Positions 57,640 through 64,000 of a DNA stretch of 64,000 bases are shown one piece after another (position 1 is the stretch's first letter; every line of letters starts with the position of its first letter). The translations under genes were made by a program, and so were the position numbers. Origin of the DNA: Hemiscyllium ocellatum (Eukaryota); NCBI RefSeq assembly GCF_020745735.1, contig NC_083435.1:2891905-2955904 (forward strand), read 5' to 3'. The notes under the pieces are model-generated. The model was not told the origin of the DNA. It saw only the letters and a program-made list of their open reading frames with translations, and did no database searches.

Positions 57640-60600
57640 AGTTATTAAAGTGATATTATCACATCAATTGAGGTTTATTACAATGGTGTCAGTACATTAG
57701 ATGATATTTACAATATTTAGACAGTTATTAAAGTGATATTATCACATTGAGGTTTATTAGTGATGTTTGTACATTCAGTGATATTTACAATATTTAGACA
57801 GTTATTAAAGTGATGTGATCACATTAATTGTGAGTTATTACAGCAGTGTCAGTACATTCAGTGATATTTACAATATTTAGACAGTTATTAAAGTGATATG
57901 ATCACATTAATTGAGGGTTATTACAGTGGTGTTTCTACATTGTGATATTTATAATATTTAGACAGTTATTAAAGTGATATTATCACATTAATTGAGGGTT
58001 ATTACACTGGTGCGTGTACATTCAGTGATGTTTACAATATTTAGACAGTTATTAAAGTGATATTATCACATTAATTGAGGTTTATTAGTGGTGTTTGTAC
58101 ATTGTGATACTTACAATATTTAGACAGTTATTAAAGTGATATGATCACATTAATTGAGGTTTATTACAGTGGGGTCAGTACATTTAGTGATGTTTACAAT
58201 ATTTAGATAGTTATTAAAGTGATATTATCACATTAATCGAGGGATATTACAGTGGTGTTTGTACATTCAGTGATGTTTACAATATTTAGACAGTTATTAA
58301 AGTGATATTATCACATTAATTGAGGTTTATTACAGTGGTGTTTGTACATTCAGTGATGTTTACAATATTTAGACAGTTATTAAAGTGATATTATCACATT
58401 AATTGAGGTTTATTACAGTGGTGTCAGTACATTCAGTGATATTTACAATATTTAGACAGTTATTAAAGTGATATTACCACATTAATTGAGGTTTATTGGT
58501 GGTGTTTGTACATTCAGTGATATTTACAATATTTAGACAGTTATTAAATTGATACGATCACATTAATTGAGGGTTATTACAGTGGTGCTTGTACATTGTG
58601 ATATTTACAATATTTAGACAGTTATTAAAGTGATATTATCACATTAATTGAGGTTTATTACAGTGGTGTGTGTACATTGTGATATTTACAATATTTAGAC
58701 AGTTATTAAAGTGATATTATCACATTAATTGAGGTTTATTGGTGGTGTTTGTACATTCAGTGATATTTACAATATTTAGACAGTTATTAAAGTGATATTA
58801 CCACATTAATTGAGGTTTATTACAGTGGTGTCAGTACATTCAGTGATATTTACAATATTTAGACAGTTATTAAAGTGATATTACCACATTAATTGAGGGT
58901 TATTACAGTGGTGTTTGTACATTCAGTGATATTTACAATATTTAGACAGTTATTAAAGTGATATTATCACATTAATTGAGGTTTATTACAGTGGTGTGTG
59001 TACATTCAGTGATATTTACAATATTTAGACAGTTATTAAAGTGATATTACCACATTAATTGAGGTTTATTACAGTGGTGTCAGTACATTCTGTGATGTTT
59101 ACAATATTTAGACAGTTATTAAAGTCATATTATCACATTAATTGAGGTTTATTAGTGGTGTTTGTACATTCAGTGATATTTACAATATTTAGACAGTTAT
59201 TAAAGTGATATTATCACATTAATTGAGGTTTATTACAGTGGTGTGTGTACATTCAGTCATATTTACAATATTTAGACAGTTATTAAAGTGATATTACCAC
59301 ATTAATTGAGGGTTATTACAGTGGTGTTTGTACATTGTGATGTTTACAATATTTAGACAGTTATTAAAGTCATATTATCACATTAATTGAGGTTTATTAC
59401 AGTGGTGTTTGTACATTCAGTGATGTTTACAATATTTAGACAGTTATTAAAGTGATATTATCACATTAATTGAGGGTTATTACAGTGGTGTTTGTACATT
59501 CAATGATATTTACAATATTTAGACAGTTATTAAAGTGATATTATCACATTAATTGAGGTTTATTACACTGGTGTGTGTACATTCAGTGATATTTACAATA
59601 TTTAGACAGTTATTAAAGTGATATTACCACATTAATTGGGGTTTATTACAGTGGTGTGTGTACATTCAGTGATATTTACAATATTTAGACAGTTATTAAA
59701 GTGATATTACCACATTAATTGAGGTTTATTACACTGGTGTGTGTACATTCAGTGATATTTACAATATTTAGACAGTTATTAAAGTGATATTATCACATTA
59801 ATTGAGGTTTATTACAGTGGTGTGTGTACATTCAGTGATATTTACAATATTTAGACAGTTATTAAAGTGATATTACCACATTAATTGAGGTTTATTACAC
59901 TGGTGCTTGTACATTCAGTGATATTTACAATATTCAGACAGTTATTAAAGTGATATTATCACATTAATTGAGGTTTATTACAGTGGTGTTTGTACATTCA
60001 GTGATATTTACAGTATTTAGACAGTTATTAAAGTGATATTACCACATTAATTGAGGTTTATTAGTGGTGTGTGTACATTCAGTGATATTTACAATATTTA
60101 GACAGTTATTAAAGTGATATTATCACATTAATTGAGGTTTATTAGTGGTGTGTGTACATTCAGTGATATTTACAATATTTAGACAGTTATTAAAGTGATA
60201 TTACCACATTAATTGAGGGTTGTTACAGTGGTGTTTGTACATTCAGTGATATTTACAATATTTAGACAGTTATTAAAGTAATATTACCACATTAATTGAG
60301 GTTTATTAGTGGTGTGTGTACATTCAGTGATATTTACAATATTTAGACAGTTATTAAAGTGATATTACCACATTAATTGAGGATTATTACAGCGGTGTTT
60401 GTACATTCAGTGATATTTACAATATTTAGACAGTTATTAAAGTGATATTATCACATTAATTGAGGTTTATTACAGTGGTGTGTGTACATTCAGTGATATT
60501 TACAATATTTAGACAGTTATTAAAGTGATATTACCACAATAATTGAGGGTTATTACAGTGGTGTTTGTACATTCAATGATATTTACAATATTTAGACAGT

Positions 60601-63536
60601 TATTAAAGTGATATTACCACATTAATTGAGGTTTATTACACTGGTGTGTGTACATTCAGTGATATTTACAATATTTAGACAGTTATTAAAGTGATATTAT
60701 CACATTAATTGAGGTTTATTACAGTGGTGTGTGTACATTCAGTGATATTTACAATATTTAGACAGTTATTAAAGTGATATTACCACATTAATTGAGGGTT
60801 ATTACAGTGGTGTTTGTACATTCAGTGATATTTACAATATTTAGACAGTTATTAAAGTGATATTACCACATTAATTGAGGTGTATTACAGTGGTGTGTGT
60901 ACATTCAGTGATATTTACAATATTTAGACAGTTATTAAAGTGATATTACCACACTAATTGAGGTTTATAACAGTGGTGTGTGTACATTCAGTGATATTTA
61001 CAATATTTAGACAGTTATTAAAGTGATATTACCACATTAATTGAGGTTTATTACAGTGGTGTGTGTACATTCAGTGATATTTACAATATTTAGACAGTTA
61101 TTCAAGTGATATTACCACATTAATTGGGTTTATTACAGTGGTGTGTGTACATGCAGTGATATTTCCAATATTTAGACAGTTATTAAAGTGATATTACCAC
61201 ATTAATTGAGGTTTATTACAGTGGTGTGTGTACATTCAGTGATATTTACAATATTTAGACAGTTATTAAAGTGATATTACCACATTAATTGGGGTTTATT
61301 ACAGTGGCGTGTGTACATTCAGTGATATTTACAATATTTAGACAGTTATTAAAGTGATATTACCACATTAATTGGGGTTTATTACAGTGGTGTGTGCACA
61401 TTCAGTGATATTTACAATATTTAGACAGTTATCAAAGTGATATTACCACATTAATTGGGTTTATTACAGTGGTGTGTGTACATTCAGTGATATTTACAAT
61501 ATTTAGACAGTTATTAAAGTGATATGACCACATTAATTGGGTTTATTACAGTGGTGTGTGTACATTCAGTGATATTTACAATATTTAGACAGTTATTAAA
61601 GTGATATTACCACATTAATTGGGGTTTATTACAGTGGTGTGTGTACATTCAGTGATATTTACAATATTTAGACAGTTATTAAAGTGATATTACCACATTA
61701 ATTGAGGTTTATAACAGTGGTGTGTGTACATTCAGTGATATTTACAATATTTAGACAGTTATTAAAGTGATATTACCACATTAATTGAGGTTTATTACAG
61801 TGGTGTGTGTACATTCAGTGATATTTACAATATTTAGACAGTTATTCAAGTGATATTACCACATTAATTGGGTTTATTACAGTGGTGTGTGTACATGCAG
61901 TGATATTTCCAATATTTAGACAGTTATTAAAGTGATATTACCACATTAATTGAGGTTTATTACACTGGTGTGTGTACATTCAGTGATATTTACAATATTT
62001 AGACAGTTATTAAAGTGATATTACCACATTAATTGAGGGTTATTACAGTGGTGTGTGTACATTCAGTGATATTTACAATATTTAGACAGTTATTAAAGTG
62101 ATATTACCACATTAATTGGGGTTTATTACAGTGGTGTGTGTACATTGTGATATTTACAATATTTAGACAGTTATTAAAGTGATATTACCACATTAATTGA
62201 GGTTTATTACAGTGGTGTTTGTACATTCAGTGATATTTACAATATTTAGACAGTTATTAAAGTGATATTACCACATTAATTGGGGTTTATTACACTGGTG
62301 TGTGTACATTAAGTGATATTTCCAATATTTAGACAGTTATTAAAGTGATATTACCACATTAATTGAGGTTTATTACAGTGGTGTGTGTACATTCAGTGAT
62401 ATTTACAATATTTAGACAGTTATTAAAGTGATATTACCACATTAATTGAGGTTTATTACAGTGGTGTTTGTACATTCAATGATATTTACAATATTTAGAC
62501 AGTTATTAAAGTGATATTACCACATTAATTGAGGTTTATTACAGTGGTGTGTGTACATTCAGTGATATTTACAATATTTAGACAGTTATTAAAGTGATAT
62601 TACCACATTAATTGGGGTTTATTACAGTGGTGTTTGTACATTCAGTGATATTTACAATATTTAGACTGTTATTAAAGTGATATTATCACATTAATTGGGG
62701 TTTATTACAGTGGTGTGTGTACATTCAGTGATATTTACAATATTTAGACAGTTATTAAAGTGATATTACCACATTAATTGGGGTTTATTACACTGGTGTT
62801 TGTACATTCAGTGATATTTACAATATTTAGACAGTTATTAAAGTGATATTACCACATTAATTGTGGTTTATTGGTGGTGTTTGTACATTCAGTGATATTT
62901 ACAATATTTAGACAGTTATTAAAGTGATATTACCACATTAATTGGGGTTTATAACAGTGGTGTGTGTACATTCAGTGATATTTACAATATTTAGACAGTT
63001 ATTAAAGTGATATTACCACATTAATTGAGGTTTATTACAGTGGTGTGTGTACATTCAGTGATATTTACAATATTTAGACAGTTATTAAAGTGATATTACC
63101 ACATTAATTGGGGTTTATTACAGTGGTGTGTGTACATTCAGTGATATTTACAATATTTAGACAGTTATTAAAGTGATATTACCACATTAATTGAGGTTTA
63201 TTACAGTGGTGTGTGTACATTCAGTGATATTTACAATATTTAGACAGTTATTAAAGTGATATTACCACACTAATTGAGGTTTATTAGCGGTGTTTGTACA
63301 TTCAGTGATATTTACAATATTTAGACAGTTATTAAAGTGATATTACCACATTAATTGGGGGTTATTACAGTGGTGTGTGTACATTCAGTGATATTTACAA
63401 TATTTAGACAGTTATTAAAGTGATATTACCACATTAATTGAGGTTTATTACAGTGGTGTGTGTACATTCAGTGATATTTACAATATTTAGACAGTTATTA
63501 AAGTGATATTACCACATTAATTGAGGTTTATTACAC
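57640..63536 (+). repeat. 83-bp AT-rich satellite, ~70 copies
   Basis: ACAGTGGTGTGTGTACATTCAGTGATATTTACAATATTTAGACAGTTATTAAAGTGATATTACCACATTAATTGAGGTTTATT; period checked at 63001 and 63084. Left-edge copies are more diverged and are preceded by a short unrelated repeat at ~57470-57635. Confidence 0.97.
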
Positions 63537-64000
63537 ACCAGTGTAATAAACCTCAATTAATGTGGTAATATCACTTTAATAACTGTCTAAATATTGTAAA
63601 TATCATTGAATGTACAAACACCACTGTCTGAATATTGTAAATATCACTGAATGTACAAACACCAGTGTAATAAACCTCAATTAATGTGGTAATATCACTT
63701 TAATAACTGTCTAAATATTGTAAATATCACTGAATGTACACACACCACTGTAATAAACCTCAATTAATGTGGTAATATCACTTTAATAACTGTCTAAATA
63801 TTGTAAATATCACTGAATGTACACACACCACTGTAATAAACCCAATTAATGTGGTAATATCACTTTAATAACTGTCTAAATATTGTAAATATCACTGAAT
63901 GTACAAACACCACTGTAATAAACCCAATTAATGTGGTAATATCACTTTAATAACTGTCTAAATATTGTAAATATCACTGAATGTACAAACACCACTGTAA
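63537..64000 (-). repeat. Same 83-bp satellite in inverted orientation (runs off the right edge)
   Basis: GTGTAATAAACCTCAATTAATGTGGTAATATCACTTTAATAACTGTCTAAATATTGTAAAT.. is the reverse complement of the preceding unit. Confidence 0.97.

Overview
Vertebrate genomic DNA. The SINE/LINE repertoire points to a cartilaginous fish, probably an orectolobiform shark (inference), and the genes place it in the MHC region. Two genes are supported. (1) Tapasin (TAPBP), + strand: I assembled exons 2-8 by hand (15044-31794). Splice phases are consistent, giving 441 codons ending in a KxKxx ER-retrieval motif; exon 1 lies left of the window. (2) GPANK1 (BAT4), - strand: two coding exons, 343 aa, convergent with TAPBP about 22 kb away. 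The rest is mostly repeat: at least 12 tandem-repeat families, CR1/L2 LINEs, HE1-like V-SINEs, Penelope-like elements with minimal hammerhead ribozyme motifs, a decayed Gypsy integrase and one 174-N gap. The most unusual observation is the 15-kb array filling the visible part of TAPBP intron 1: each of its roughly 230 units copies the exon-2 branch point, pyrimidine tract, AG and first exon bases. Also notable: hammerheads (one in sense orientation in TAPBP intron 7), three minisatellites seeded at the same SINE position, a TAPBPR-length editing loop with loss of the Cys95 equivalent, an EICE/AICE motif in intron 3, and a fold-back inversion in the 83-bp satellite. No database searches were run; family and gene assignments rest on recognition of motifs.
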